A stretch of 64,000 bases of DNA from an uncultured virus (IMG/VR IMGVR_UViG_3300013093_000023) (Duplodnaviria; Heunggongvirae; Uroviricota; Caudoviricetes): positions 1 to 64,000 of IMG/VR virus record IMGVR_UViG_3300013093_000023; one strand, written 5' to 3'. Below the pieces are notes generated by a model, which saw only the letters and a list, made by a program, of their open reading frames with translations, was not told the origin of the DNA and ran no database searches. The translations under genes and the position numbers were made by a program. This document shows, piece after piece, positions 38,779 through 48,541 of the stretch. How positions within the stretch are numbered: position 1 is the first letter of the stretch; each line of letters begins with the position of its first letter.

Positions 38779-41628
38779 TTATCCGTAGTTACCGATTTGT
38801 CCCAATACTCTATAAATAGTACCGTTTAGATTAAACATACTAAAGCTGGCAATGTTAGTATTGCTTGCAGTGACATAAGGAGACAAGCCGCCAGCCCATC
38901 GCACAGTTTGATTAACTCCATTGATTTGTATGTTACTGATAGTGTAAGGGTTAACATCTAGATCAAAAATAATTGTAGCACTAACTGTGGTGCCTACTGC
39001 CGGAATTACGTTGGTAAAATTAGCTGTAACATTACCTGTTAAAGCGGCATAGAATATGTCGCCGGAGTTTAAGTTGCAGGTTAGGTTACCACCGGAGTTG
39101 GTTACGTTACTAAAGTTTTCATAGTAACCGCTCTGTTGGAAAGTATTACCTATCGTAATATTACCAGTAGTTAGGTAGCTGGCCACATTAGAATTTGAGT
39201 ATAAACCATTTAGAATACTTACCCCGTTGGCATAAGCATACGTATTACCAAAATGCACGTTAGCAGATATATTTCCTGAGTAAGTTGGTAAGAAACTGGC
39301 CACCGTGACGTTACTGTATAAATTTACTCCGTTGTAGGGTTGATTATTTCCGGCCCAGAATACTCCACCGTATGTATAAAGTCCGTAAGGCCAATTCTGG
39401 AAGCCTACGTATACATTGCCATATGCAACTACGCTGTTGGCTGGGTTATAGCCAGCATATGGTGTACCAGCATATATTGTACCGCTAGTACTTATTCCCA
39501 TAAAATTTGTATTATTTTGTCCAACATTAATATTACCATTGAGTACGTTTAATGCTGTTCCAGTTCCGCCCATAGTTACCGGTGAGGAAAATGATTGATT
39601 GTAAGCCCAAGTTAAAAATTGGCTAGTCATATAATTTGAAACACCATACATATAACTTGTACCGTTAGCAAAATATATGTTGCCAGTCAACAGGTTACCG
39701 CTTGTGATAGCATTAGCCGTAAGCCAATTTACACCACTGATATTAGATGATGTACTACCACTAGTAATAATAGTGTTAGCCACAAGATAATTGGCATTGA
39801 TATTGCCTGAATAGCTGGACAGCGCACTGGTAATGTTGGCGTTACCTGAACCAATAGCAAATGTCAGGTTAGCATAGTTCTTGAATGCTGTTAAGCTAGA
39901 GTTGGTCGACGAATTGCCCAGGTACAAGGTGCCAACGTTGGCCTGTATAGTTGATATAGTAGAATCTGTACCACTAACCAAATAGCTGGCCACATTACTA
40001 TTACTATAAGTTGAACCTTGCGGATTAGCTAGAAGATAAGCGGCAACCTGAGTGTTACCATACGATGAGGTTGTGGCCAATGCCGCACCCAAATAACGAA
40101 TATCAATTACGTCAGTTGTCAATGGTATTTCAGAAAATGTAATTTGTGTTCCGGCACCATTGACTGTATATGTGTTTGGATTTTGTACAACACCGTTAAC
40201 GCTGACTAATATACCACTTGCAGTAGTTGCGCTATTTAAACTGAATGATTGACTAACACCATCACCACTAAAGGTTTGATCTGAAATAGCACCAGTGACG
40301 CTAACCCATATTGTGCCATTGAAATATTCCAATGAATTTATATCGCTATTGTATCGAGTATAACCGGCTACGTTTGCCGGACGTTGTAGTGTAGTTCCTA
40401 CTGGTAAACTTACTGCTGTATTGCCTATTAGGTTAGTAACACTTAATCCGCCAGGTTGAATATTTACATTACCGTTGCCACCTAACACCCAGGTAGTATT
40501 TACGTTGCCATAAAATGGGCCGACTAGAGCGCCGGCATATACATTACCAGACGCTATCAATGTAGATACGTTGGCCTGTGGAGTATATAAATTACCAGTT
40601 ATGGTATTGGCTGTTACGGTTAAATTGGTAATTGTACTTACTGCGCTGTTTAAATAGGTAAATGTTGCGACATTACCTACTGCTGTTGTAATATTTGCAG
40701 TAACAATATTAGCGGTAGAAATATTTGCGACTGTAGAAATTAAATTTACAATATTGCCATTGGTAGCCAATAGGTTGGCTGTTGTTGTATTACCAGCCAC
40801 TGTTAAATTGGTCAGTGTACCAACTGTGGTAATTAATGTTTGTGTTGGGGTCGATACTGGTCCAATTAAACTGCCGTTGAATTGAGTTGCTGTTACATTA
40901 CTAACTGTTAAGTTACCAGTGCTGGCATTTAGTGTAATAGCAGAGCTGACAAAATGTTGCGTGTTACCACCAAATATATTACCTAAAATTGGATAGTAGT
41001 TAAAGTTAGTTGATGTTGTTAAAACGTTGGCATATAAGCCAACGTTGGCTGTAGCTAGTGTACCAACAATAGTATTAGCATTAATGTTACCAATACCAAT
41101 AATACCATTGTAGACTGCTCCAACAATATAGATAGTTTTTGTTCCGCCGGCTGCGACTGTTGTGGGAATGTTATCTGGGAATGTTAGTACACCTGCGTCG
41201 TAGTCAAAGAACCACTCGTCGTCATTACCGGTACCATCTGGGAATAACTGTGTTCCAGATGTCTGTGGACTAATTGTGCTAGTACTATCCCAATAGACTT
41301 TAACAGAATAGGTTGCGCCAAAGCTAGGATTGATCCATCCGGTAATACCAGTTTTCCAGGTACGGTATGTTGTACTAGTTGAGTCTGCTGTAGTTTTAAT
41401 AGTATTGCTATTAGCATCACTGTAGACTGTAACTACTCCAGTAGACGATGATGGCTGTGTGGCTGGTATCAGTCCAGACTGTTGCCAAATTACGTCGCCA
41501 CGTAAGTTTAAAGGACTGGCAATAGTTTCGTTACTAGGACTCTTGGCCGTGGTAGTATCTGTCTTAGCTACGCTATAACCAATTTTCTTAAAGAGATAGT
41601 CTACCTGGTTGGTCTGATTAATTGGCAT
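38779..41628 (-). CDS. Fibre-like structural protein (949 aa)
   Basis: EWFFDYDAGVL N-domain, LPVGTT.QRP...RYN and SVNGVVQ.P modules, YSN.NVASYL repeats, fibre-tip C-terminus. Confidence 0.78.
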   Translation of the reverse strand: MPINQTNQVDYLFKKIGYSVAKTDTTTAKSPSNETIASPLNLRGDVIWQQSGLIPATQPSSSTGVVTVYSDANSNTIKTTADSTSTTYRTWKTGITGWINPSFGATYSVKVYWDSTSTISPQTSGTQLFPDGTGNDDEWFFDYDAGVLTFPDNIPTTVAAGGTKTIYIVGAVYNGIIGIGNINANTIVGTLATANVGLYANVLTTSTNFNYYPILGNIFGGNTQHFVSSAITLNASTGNLTVSNVTATQFNGSLIGPVSTPTQTLITTVGTLTNLTVAGNTTTANLLATNGNIVNLISTVANISTANIVTANITTAVGNVATFTYLNSAVSTITNLTVTANTITGNLYTPQANVSTLIASGNVYAGALVGPFYGNVNTTWVLGGNGNVNIQPGGLSVTNLIGNTAVSLPVGTTLQRPANVAGYTRYNSDINSLEYFNGTIWVSVTGAISDQTFSGDGVSQSFSLNSATTASGILVSVNGVVQNPNTYTVNGAGTQITFSEIPLTTDVIDIRYLGAALATTSSYGNTQVAAYLLANPQGSTYSNSNVASYLVSGTDSTISTIQANVGTLYLGNSSTNSSLTAFKNYANLTFAIGSGNANITSALSSYSGNINANYLVANTIITSGSTSSNISGVNWLTANAITSGNLLTGNIYFANGTSYMYGVSNYMTSQFLTWAYNQSFSSPVTMGGTGTALNVLNGNINVGQNNTNFMGISTSGTIYAGTPYAGYNPANSVVAYGNVYVGFQNWPYGLYTYGGVFWAGNNQPYNGVNLYSNVTVASFLPTYSGNISANVHFGNTYAYANGVSILNGLYSNSNVASYLTTGNITIGNTFQQSGYYENFSNVTNSGGNLTCNLNSGDIFYAALTGNVTANFTNVIPAVGTTVSATIIFDLDVNPYTISNIQINGVNQTVRWAGGLSPYVTASNTNIASFSMFNLNGTIYRVLGQIGNYG

Positions 41629-41629
41629 A

Positions 41630-43639
41630 TTAGTTAGTTGCGGCCGCTATACTCAGCGCCGTCAATGATTGTCCTGATGTTAATTTAACTCTAACGTAGA
41701 TATAGTTATTGGTACTACTTGTTGAACTTGCTGTTCCAAATGTACCAGTAATACTATATGTACCTGATGAATTTAATGTGGCATTACCGCCAACTGCGGC
41801 TCCTGTACTACCGTTACCGCCTGAACCTGTTCCTGGAACTCCTGATCCTAGGTAAGCACTGGCTAAACTAGTCCACCCTTTTGTTGGGCTAGCATAGCTA
41901 ACGTCAGTTACTCCAGGTAGTGCGATCCATAGTCCGGCTAGTATACCAGTGTAGGAAACGTTAAACTTACTTAACGCACTACGCTGGAATCTGAATGTAA
42001 AATATTGTGCCGATCCCTGTGTTGACAGATTAGGACCAACTGGTAAGTAACCAGTAGAATAGTTTGTTTGATCAAATTGTATTTTATTTGCTACTGCTGT
42101 TGCATCAGTTGTATAAAACGCACCTGTTTGACTGTTGAATGCTGATTCACTACCAGTGTAGGTAGGATTATCTGCGGCTGTACCGGCGTCAGGATTAACA
42201 ATACGATATCCGTTGCTACTGTATCCACTACCTAAACTACCCGGTACTGTAATAATAGTTTCTTCGATGGTATTACCTGTACCATTTTTATATAAAATAG
42301 TTACGCCCGGACTAAAAGTTTGGTTAGCAGTATTATAGCCATTGGTAACCTGTACCTGTGGCCCAGTTGCACTAGAACTAAAACCCGAAGCTACAATATT
42401 AGTAGTTGTTTGAAAATACGCACTACCAGAACTGACATAAAGATTTCTGGCTAGCGGGGAAGTAACTCCAAATCCAGCATAGTTTAAACTTACCGGCGCT
42501 TGGAATGCTCCGCCGGCTATACCAGCCAACGGAGTTGATGTGTTTGGGTATGTATCACCACTTAGGTTACTTACGTTGCCTTTTAAGGTAAATTGTGCTG
42601 AGCTAGTAAACATTGGTATTGTACTTGAATACGTTACCACGTTTGATGTCAATGAAATACTGGTATTGCTGTAAGTTGGGTTACCCGGTGTGCTTGAATC
42701 ATAGTACCAGGTTGCGTCATTGGTCGCGGCGCCTGTACTTGAATCATAAAGACGTACACGATTCCACCCTGGCAACATACCACCGGTGGCTGTAGCATAA
42801 GCACTAAAGCTAGTCCAGAAGCCAGCTGTCACACTACTTACTACGTTGTGGTAATCTTGTACGTTATAGACATAAAGGTTACCATTGGTTGTATTTGAAT
42901 TTGATCCTGTTAATGTTACGTTACCGTTTGGCACGTTATTAATATAGGCAGTAATAGTACCAGAGCTACCAGGACCAACGTTTAATATAGGAGTACCGCT
43001 GGTACTCATTGTTGCGGCACGTAAAGTACTAACGCCGGTGCCTGCGCTGACACTAAGATTGCCCCAACCTGAATTATCTGTTTGTGTAAAGTTACACATC
43101 AATCCAGTGTTAGTAGTTCCAACAGAAATTGTAGTACTATTAGGAAATGGTGGTGGGCTTGGAGGTACTAGTTTGCCTAGTACATAGTTTAATTGTGTAA
43201 TAGCGTTTGTCACTGACGTAGAAGTTGTTAGTGATACTGCGTTACTAACCAAGTAACCTGCTGTGTTGGCACCAAGGTTAATGGTATTACCAAACGCACC
43301 ACTGTTAGTAATGATGCTGGTAACGCTGTTCCAAGACATATTACCATTACCGTCTGTTGTTAACAGATTATAAGGAGCGCCACCAGTGATAGAAATATTA
43401 CTAGTAGAACCAAGACTAATAACGCCTGTGTTACTACTGATTGTGTTGCCTAATATGTATAGATTGGCAATACGAGCATTACCAGTTGAATCTAACGCAT
43501 AGGCCGGACTGGCTGTGTTAATACCAACGAAACGATTAGCTACATCAAAGTAAACTAAGTTTGCGTCAATGGATAAGGGTACACCCTGGCGTTCCAGGTT
43601 GTTGTATAACATTGTCCCCGTTATTTTACCAATTGCCAC
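41630..43639 (-). CDS. Structural protein (669 aa, GTG start)
   Basis: Ser/Thr/Gly-rich beta protein with a VGINT.SP...LD..G fibre motif; co-transcribed within the fibre cluster. Confidence 0.75.
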   Translation of the reverse strand: MAIGKITGTMLYNNLERQGVPLSIDANLVYFDVANRFVGINTASPAYALDSTGNARIANLYILGNTISSNTGVISLGSTSNISITGGAPYNLLTTDGNGNMSWNSVTSIITNSGAFGNTINLGANTAGYLVSNAVSLTTSTSVTNAITQLNYVLGKLVPPSPPPFPNSTTISVGTTNTGLMCNFTQTDNSGWGNLSVSAGTGVSTLRAATMSTSGTPILNVGPGSSGTITAYINNVPNGNVTLTGSNSNTTNGNLYVYNVQDYHNVVSSVTAGFWTSFSAYATATGGMLPGWNRVRLYDSSTGAATNDATWYYDSSTPGNPTYSNTSISLTSNVVTYSSTIPMFTSSAQFTLKGNVSNLSGDTYPNTSTPLAGIAGGAFQAPVSLNYAGFGVTSPLARNLYVSSGSAYFQTTTNIVASGFSSSATGPQVQVTNGYNTANQTFSPGVTILYKNGTGNTIEETIITVPGSLGSGYSSNGYRIVNPDAGTAADNPTYTGSESAFNSQTGAFYTTDATAVANKIQFDQTNYSTGYLPVGPNLSTQGSAQYFTFRFQRSALSKFNVSYTGILAGLWIALPGVTDVSYASPTKGWTSLASAYLGSGVPGTGSGGNGSTGAAVGGNATLNSSGTYSITGTFGTASSTSSTNNYIYVRVKLTSGQSLTALSIAAATN

Positions 43640-43642
43640 TGA

Positions 43643-44071
43643 TTAGTCTCCGATTGTTTTGGTACTAGTGATATTGTGAATAACTATGATTTGGTTAGGA
43701 TTCACACCAGGAGCTGGTGGAGCACTTGTAAAATGAATAGTAGTTCCGCTGACTGTATAATGTGTTGTAGGGATTTGATAAACACCACCAATGGTTACTA
43801 ATATAGCAGTTGGATCTGTTTCGGCCTGTGACATTGTAAAATCTGTCTGTGAGCCAGTGCCGTTAAACGAGTCTGCTACTAGTTGTGTAGATCCAATCTT
43901 AGCTACCTGATTCCAGGTGCTGTTATAATAGAATTCAATTTTACTGTTGTCTTGGTTAAATCGCATCTGACCATTAACAGCCTGATCAGGACCAATGGCA
44001 CTAGATCCTAGAGGGATCTGAATTGCTTTACTCCGACTATTCAGTTGGGCGTTTTTAAGAAAGCGTCCCAT
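43643..44071 (-). CDS. Small structural adaptor protein
   Basis: Made only of the GQMRFN...EFYYN..W and F.G.G..T.F....V.IGGV.Q.P modules that also occur in the long fibres. Confidence 0.75.
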   Translation of the reverse strand: MGRFLKNAQLNSRSKAIQIPLGSSAIGPDQAVNGQMRFNQDNSKIEFYYNSTWNQVAKIGSTQLVADSFNGTGSQTDFTMSQAETDPTAILVTIGGVYQIPTTHYTVSGTTIHFTSAPPAPGVNPNQIIVIHNITSTKTIGD

Positions 44072-44073
44072 GA

Positions 44074-44388
44074 TTAGATACCTATACTGCTTACTGTTGC
44101 TACAACGGCATTGTTTGTTCCAGCATTAGCCTGTAACATATCACCGGTGCCTAAGAAGATTTTCTCCACGTCCATAATATAAGTTTCATTTGTAGTTAAT
44201 ATAACGTTGCTATAAATGATGTTGTTGCTACTGGCAATAGATCCGGAACTTACAGCATACAGATTAACAAGAACGTTTGATGCGCTACGATTGCACAAGT
44301 AAACGGTAGTAGTTGCTGTTCCAAGAGAACCGCTGCCAACTAAAATGTTAGCCACTGTGGTTGATAAAACTGTGTTCTGTATACTCAT
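44074..44388 (-). CDS. Small beta-sandwich virion protein
   Basis: 104 aa; TT.YLCN...V.LY.V......N.I...ETY....EK..L..GD.L.A. Confidence 0.75.
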   Translation of the reverse strand: MSIQNTVLSTTVANILVGSGSLGTATTTVYLCNRSASNVLVNLYAVSSGSIASSNNIIYSNVILTTNETYIMDVEKIFLGTGDMLQANAGTNNAVVATVSSIGI

Positions 44389-44397
44389 TTTTTATTC

Positions 44398-44970
44398 CTA
44401 AAGAAGATTATTATAAATCAAAGCCATACGCTTTGATATCAATTCGTGATTGCCAAGATATGTATTGCTGTATACACCAGTACCGCCTGCGCCAACGTTG
44501 CTGATGTTTGCTGAAACATTACCTGTTGTGCTGTCGTATATTGTGTGGCTGTTTAAATTTATGTTAGCACTTAGTTTAGGTGCTGAGTCCTGAAACAAAG
44601 CTGTAATTGCTGTCCCGCCACCAACACTGGTAGCTACGTTAGAAAAATTACCACCAGTTTGATCACTGACTTGCCAGGCCTTAACTGATTCATTCCAAAG
44701 TAAGCCAACGTTTGCTAGACTACCTCGGTTAATTTCAAGACCAGCTGTGTTTAAAGTTACACCCGGGCCGGCATCACCTGAATTTAAATAAATGATATTG
44801 TCTGTGATTGCTGTATCGGTACGTGTAACCTGTTGGGCATTTCCGCCAACAATTAAATTACCATCGATATACAATGTGTTAGTGGATATTGTTACGTTAG
44901 ACGAGGTCCCTAGAGTAGGATCTCTGTTAATTATGGTATAATTACCTTTGATTCTTTTGGTGACGCTCAT
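44398..44970 (-). CDS. Structural protein, first gene of the fibre operon
   Basis: I.GNL.V.G......I.DN.I.LN....AG.EI.RG......WNE...W motif shared with the long fibres. CATAAATA at 44992-44999. Confidence 0.75.
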   Translation of the reverse strand: MSVTKRIKGNYTIINRDPTLGTSSNVTISTNTLYIDGNLIVGGNAQQVTRTDTAITDNIIYLNSGDAGPGVTLNTAGLEINRGSLANVGLLWNESVKAWQVSDQTGGNFSNVATSVGGGTAITALFQDSAPKLSANINLNSHTIYDSTTGNVSANISNVGAGGTGVYSNTYLGNHELISKRMALIYNNLL

Positions 44971-45027
44971 TTAAGTATCCTGTTTATACTATATTTATGC
45001 TCTATAGATCTTATGCTTAAATCAAAC

Positions 45028-45050
45028 AAAAACCCGCCGGAGCGGGTTTT
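45028..45050. terminator. Rho-independent terminator
   Basis: AAAAACCCGC-cgga-GCGGGTTTT. Confidence 0.8.
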
Positions 45051-45070
45051 ATTATCTAAATTAATTTAGA

Positions 45071-45511
45071 TTAGTACGAAGCCACGTTAGCAAAACCGTT
45101 GCCGGCTACTGTTGGGCTTAATACATAACGCATTTTGTTACCAGCAAAATCGTAAACAAATTTGTTAGTAATACGGCTTGCGTTAAATGCTACGTTACTA
45201 GTGTTGTAACCAGTAATAGTACCTTGGCTAGCTGTTCTTAAATTACCTGTAGCATTAACCAATGTAACTGTAGTAGCGTTGGCTACAGATTGATCAACTA
45301 CACGGAACTTATGAGCACCTTTTTGTGCTACAATGTAACCGTTAGCAATTTGAGCATTTGCTGTAGTATTGTAAGCGATAGCGATAGTTTTTACGCCAGT
45401 TGATGTGATAGCCTGGCTAGCACCACCTGTACCACCTAATTTAGATGGACCAGTATATTGATCGTGTAGTGTACCGTTTGATTCTTTTGCCGCGATTTTT
45501 AATTTTGCCAT
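45071..45511 (-). CDS. Probable abundant virion (head decoration-like) protein
   Basis: Monocistronic: own CATAAATA (45583-45590), strong AAGGAG SD, own terminator. YIVAQKGAHKF.V motif. Confidence 0.6.
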   Translation of the reverse strand: MAKLKIAAKESNGTLHDQYTGPSKLGGTGGASQAITSTGVKTIAIAYNTTANAQIANGYIVAQKGAHKFRVVDQSVANATTVTLVNATGNLRTASQGTITGYNTSNVAFNASRITNKFVYDFAGNKMRYVLSPTVAGNGFANVASY

Positions 45512-45585
45512 TTTATTTTCTCCTTTAAATAGCGTTCTAGGCTACCCGAAGTGGCTACTCCGAGAGTTCTAATGAACATAACTAT

Positions 45586-46458
45586 TTATGCTATTTGACT
45601 ATAAAGATAGTCAGACCATAGTCTATGACCCTCAGGATTAGGATGACAAGTACTGCCTTTTAAATTGTAAGGACTTGATCCAAGAAACTTCCAACGTGTT
45701 CCTACACGTTCCATTATGTCTAGGAACTCTATTTTTTGTTGATCTGTTGTAATGTATTTTTCGTTTAATGGATCAATTGACATCTGTCCTATAAAAGGAA
45801 CTGGACGTTGATAGTCTGAGTATTGGTACTGTTCCTGTATTATATCGCACCAGGTTTTATCTAGCAGTAGCGGCCTAGTTGTCCAGCTGTCAGTAAACGC
45901 TCTTGATACATAGGCCTCTACCTGGGGCAACTGTTTAAAATAATGCTCTAGGTTATTGAATAAAAATTGTTCTACTTTAATTAAAAAATCTTTGATAGTT
46001 TCACTAGTGTCCCAAAATTCTCTGTAGGGACGGTCAACATTTAATCGGCGTGTGTATGTTGCTTCACGTAGATCTTCTGTAAGTGTAACTACTACAACAA
46101 CTCGTTGATAGTTGTTGTTGGCCAAATGCTTTTGTATGTCTAATAATTGTTCCAGCATCCAATAGTTGCTACATCCAGGACGAGCTAGATTAACCCAATC
46201 AGCATCTAACCGGTCAGCTAATAGTCTACCAAATATTTGTTTCAGCCGAACAGGATCATCGCTGGCCTTGTCCCAGTCTATGTTGCCTAAGTGGTCTCCC
46301 CAGGTCCAGCTATCACCTACGGTCATTAGTAGTGTGCTTTTTCCTTTGATATCTTCTGAGTACCATTGACGATATGTTTCCATACGGTCAGGTGACCAAT
46401 CTGTGTGTTTGTGATCTAGGCTAGCTTCAAAAGTAAGTTCCGGGTAAAATTTAAACAT
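45586..46458 (-). CDS. SGNH/GDSL hydrolase-fold protein
   Basis: VGDSWTWG, NLARPG.SN, HPNPEGH..W. Confidence 0.75.
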   Translation of the reverse strand: MFKFYPELTFEASLDHKHTDWSPDRMETYRQWYSEDIKGKSTLLMTVGDSWTWGDHLGNIDWDKASDDPVRLKQIFGRLLADRLDADWVNLARPGCSNYWMLEQLLDIQKHLANNNYQRVVVVVTLTEDLREATYTRRLNVDRPYREFWDTSETIKDFLIKVEQFLFNNLEHYFKQLPQVEAYVSRAFTDSWTTRPLLLDKTWCDIIQEQYQYSDYQRPVPFIGQMSIDPLNEKYITTDQQKIEFLDIMERVGTRWKFLGSSPYNLKGSTCHPNPEGHRLWSDYLYSQIA

Positions 46459-47422
46459 TGAGAATTTTTAACAATCTATTATCGTATGGTATAGTTTTTA
46501 GACATTGTTGGTTATGTAAAAACATTGTGTGGTGTTTGCTGTGTAATTGGTATAAATCTAAATCTAATAATCTGAATAATTCAGTTTTAAATTTTTCAAA
46601 TCTTAATGCCACATCTGGTTCTTGATCGTAGCTATAGTCTATAAAGTCCGGCAGCTCAAACCCTAGTGTTTGTATACGTGATATAGTTCCAGGATTACTA
46701 AACGGCAATATAAAATGTCCTTTAACCAATGGTTCATAGGTTTTTTCAGTGATGTGTATTAATTCTGGTCGAACACAATTACTTTCAACGTATACACTTA
46801 AACAACTATTTAAGTAAAACTTGTTAGGCGCAGGAACAAAAGCACCAACTATATCTTGTTGTTCTAAAAATATTCCTTTGGTACGGTTACTGATGTATCC
46901 ATCTAAGTCTTTAACTAAGTCAAATAAATGTGTACGATATCCATATTCTCTACCACACAAACTCATAAACTTTTTCTTTTTATCTGCTGTTGTTAGATCT
47001 GGTAATTGATATGCTGTAGAGCCGGCATAGTGATGTATGTTACCCGGAGGCGGCGTGTCTGTATAGTAGGCACGATATCTGTTCCACATAAAGTCCCAAG
47101 GTATGATGTTTATATTTTGTACCTGGAATTGTTGTTGATTAACTGTTAGCCAATGTTTATTGGGGTGCGGAAAGTTTTTAGTAAATGCACAAAATCTTGG
47201 ATGTTCCCAATCTCCTGAATTGACTATATCATAAAATATCACAGCGCGATAATTTTTTGATTGTTCTATAGTATCTTCAACAAATGATTCTGTGTGTAAT
47301 CCATAATGATTGTTTAATGGGATAAACAATATGTCTTTGGGTAATTGAGTAATATCCGCACCTAGTAATTTTAGGTGCCAGGCTATATCATCACCTTCTA
47401 TTCCTTGATAAACTGTAATCAT
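46451..47422 (-). CDS. Putative glycosyltransferase (GT10-like C-terminus)
   Basis: Y..SCLSV.VES......ITEKT..PL..GH..LP.S.PG....I..LGF......DYSYD. Confidence 0.55.
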   Translation of the reverse strand: MITVYQGIEGDDIAWHLKLLGADITQLPKDILFIPLNNHYGLHTESFVEDTIEQSKNYRAVIFYDIVNSGDWEHPRFCAFTKNFPHPNKHWLTVNQQQFQVQNINIIPWDFMWNRYRAYYTDTPPPGNIHHYAGSTAYQLPDLTTADKKKKFMSLCGREYGYRTHLFDLVKDLDGYISNRTKGIFLEQQDIVGAFVPAPNKFYLNSCLSVYVESNCVRPELIHITEKTYEPLVKGHFILPFSNPGTISRIQTLGFELPDFIDYSYDQEPDVALRFEKFKTELFRLLDLDLYQLHSKHHTMFLHNQQCLKTIPYDNRLLKILNV

Positions 47423-48105
47423 ATTTTTGTATATAATAATTTTGCTATTTGTTCGTGGCCGTATATATTAGGATGTGATATCTTTCCTTCAAAACAAGGA
47501 TGCTTCATTACGTCCTTGTTGGTATAGTCCATTCCTGTTATCGACCGTGTGATTGTTGTTGGATGTATGACTGTAGTATCAATAACATCAGTATAACTAG
47601 AAAAATCAAATTGATCAAAATAGCTAAAAAAATAGCAAGTAATATTTTGATTCGTACAATATTGTTGAAATTGAAAAATAGTCTGTGCCGCTAAGAATGT
47701 GTCCCATTGTGTGTGCTGTACACGTCGATATGTTTCACTGCTAATAATATTAAAATCTTGTACTGTGTCTGGTGGCTTACCACTGTGGTGTAGGTCACCT
47801 GTGCGGTAGTTTGCTTCTGGTGTGATGTTTACAAATTCTTCAAGTTGATTACTATAACTAAGGTAACGTGTAGATCCGGTTAACCCCACCATAAAAATTT
47901 TATGGTAATCATTGTAGGTATTATTCTTAATAAAATCAAAGAGTTGTATACTTAAATGACCAATACTGCTTGCCGGTGTTCCTTTATTGATACTAGGACA
48001 CCCTACTAAATTTGAAAGTTGGTATAGCCAGCATTGACTGGCTGGGCGATCGAGTTCTGATCCAAAGGTCCAGCTATCGCCAAACCCCACTAACATTTTA
48101 TTCAT
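47419..48105 (-). CDS. SGNH/GDSL hydrolase-fold protein
   Basis: FGDSWTFGSEL, HPN..GHEQIA. Confidence 0.75.
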   Translation of the reverse strand: MNKMLVGFGDSWTFGSELDRPASQCWLYQLSNLVGCPSINKGTPASSIGHLSIQLFDFIKNNTYNDYHKIFMVGLTGSTRYLSYSNQLEEFVNITPEANYRTGDLHHSGKPPDTVQDFNIISSETYRRVQHTQWDTFLAAQTIFQFQQYCTNQNITCYFFSYFDQFDFSSYTDVIDTTVIHPTTITRSITGMDYTNKDVMKHPCFEGKISHPNIYGHEQIAKLLYTKI

Positions 48106-48135
48106 CTAGTATTTACTGTACAAAACATACGGTCA

Positions 48136-48160
48136 ACAAAAAAGCCCCTTGCGGGGCTTT
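48136..48160 (-). terminator. Rho-independent terminator
   Basis: AAAAAAGCCCC-ttgc-GGGGCTTT. Confidence 0.8.
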
Positions 48161-48164
48161 AGTT

Positions 48165-48392
48165 TTACGCTTGATCTACAAACTTCTTGAGTTCTTCGGC
48201 CTTGCTCACAATGTCTGTGCTAGACGGAAAATCTGGTAAGGTTGGAAACGGATGCGTTCCTCGATTAGCGTCAGTTAACTTAGAGTGATACTCATCAGTC
48301 AATGCTTGACGTTGTTGGAAGACTGGCGTCACAAGGATTTCGTTAGCCATTTTGAGTAGTTCGAGACGAATCTCGTAAGGTGTTTTGCTCAT
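48165..48392 (-). CDS. Small hypothetical phage protein
   Basis: MSKTPYEIRLELLKMA...FPS..DIV.KA.EL..FV. AAGGAG SD; own late promoter at 48454-48461. Confidence 0.8.
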   Translation of the reverse strand: MSKTPYEIRLELLKMANEILVTPVFQQRQALTDEYHSKLTDANRGTHPFPTLPDFPSSTDIVSKAEELKKFVDQA

Positions 48393-48481
48393 ATTTTTCT
48401 CCTTTAATGTGTGTATGTGTGTTAAACACGAGCTGTAGCTGTTGCTACAAAAATATTTATCTTATGTATCTCACCGCCAAC

Positions 48482-48507
48482 AAAAAAGGCTCCGAAGAGC
48501 CTTTTTT
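48482..48507. terminator. Terminator after major capsid gene
   Basis: AAAAAAGGCTC-cgaa-GAGCCTTTTTT. Confidence 0.85.
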
Positions 48508-48541
48508 ATTCCTTCCCATCCCTGGGTTAGACAATCCAATA

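Noticed and set aside
45530..45560. preQ1 riboswitch-like GTTCTAG-CTAC string
   Set aside because: It is on the strand opposite to the downstream gene and lacks the P1 stem and A-rich tail.
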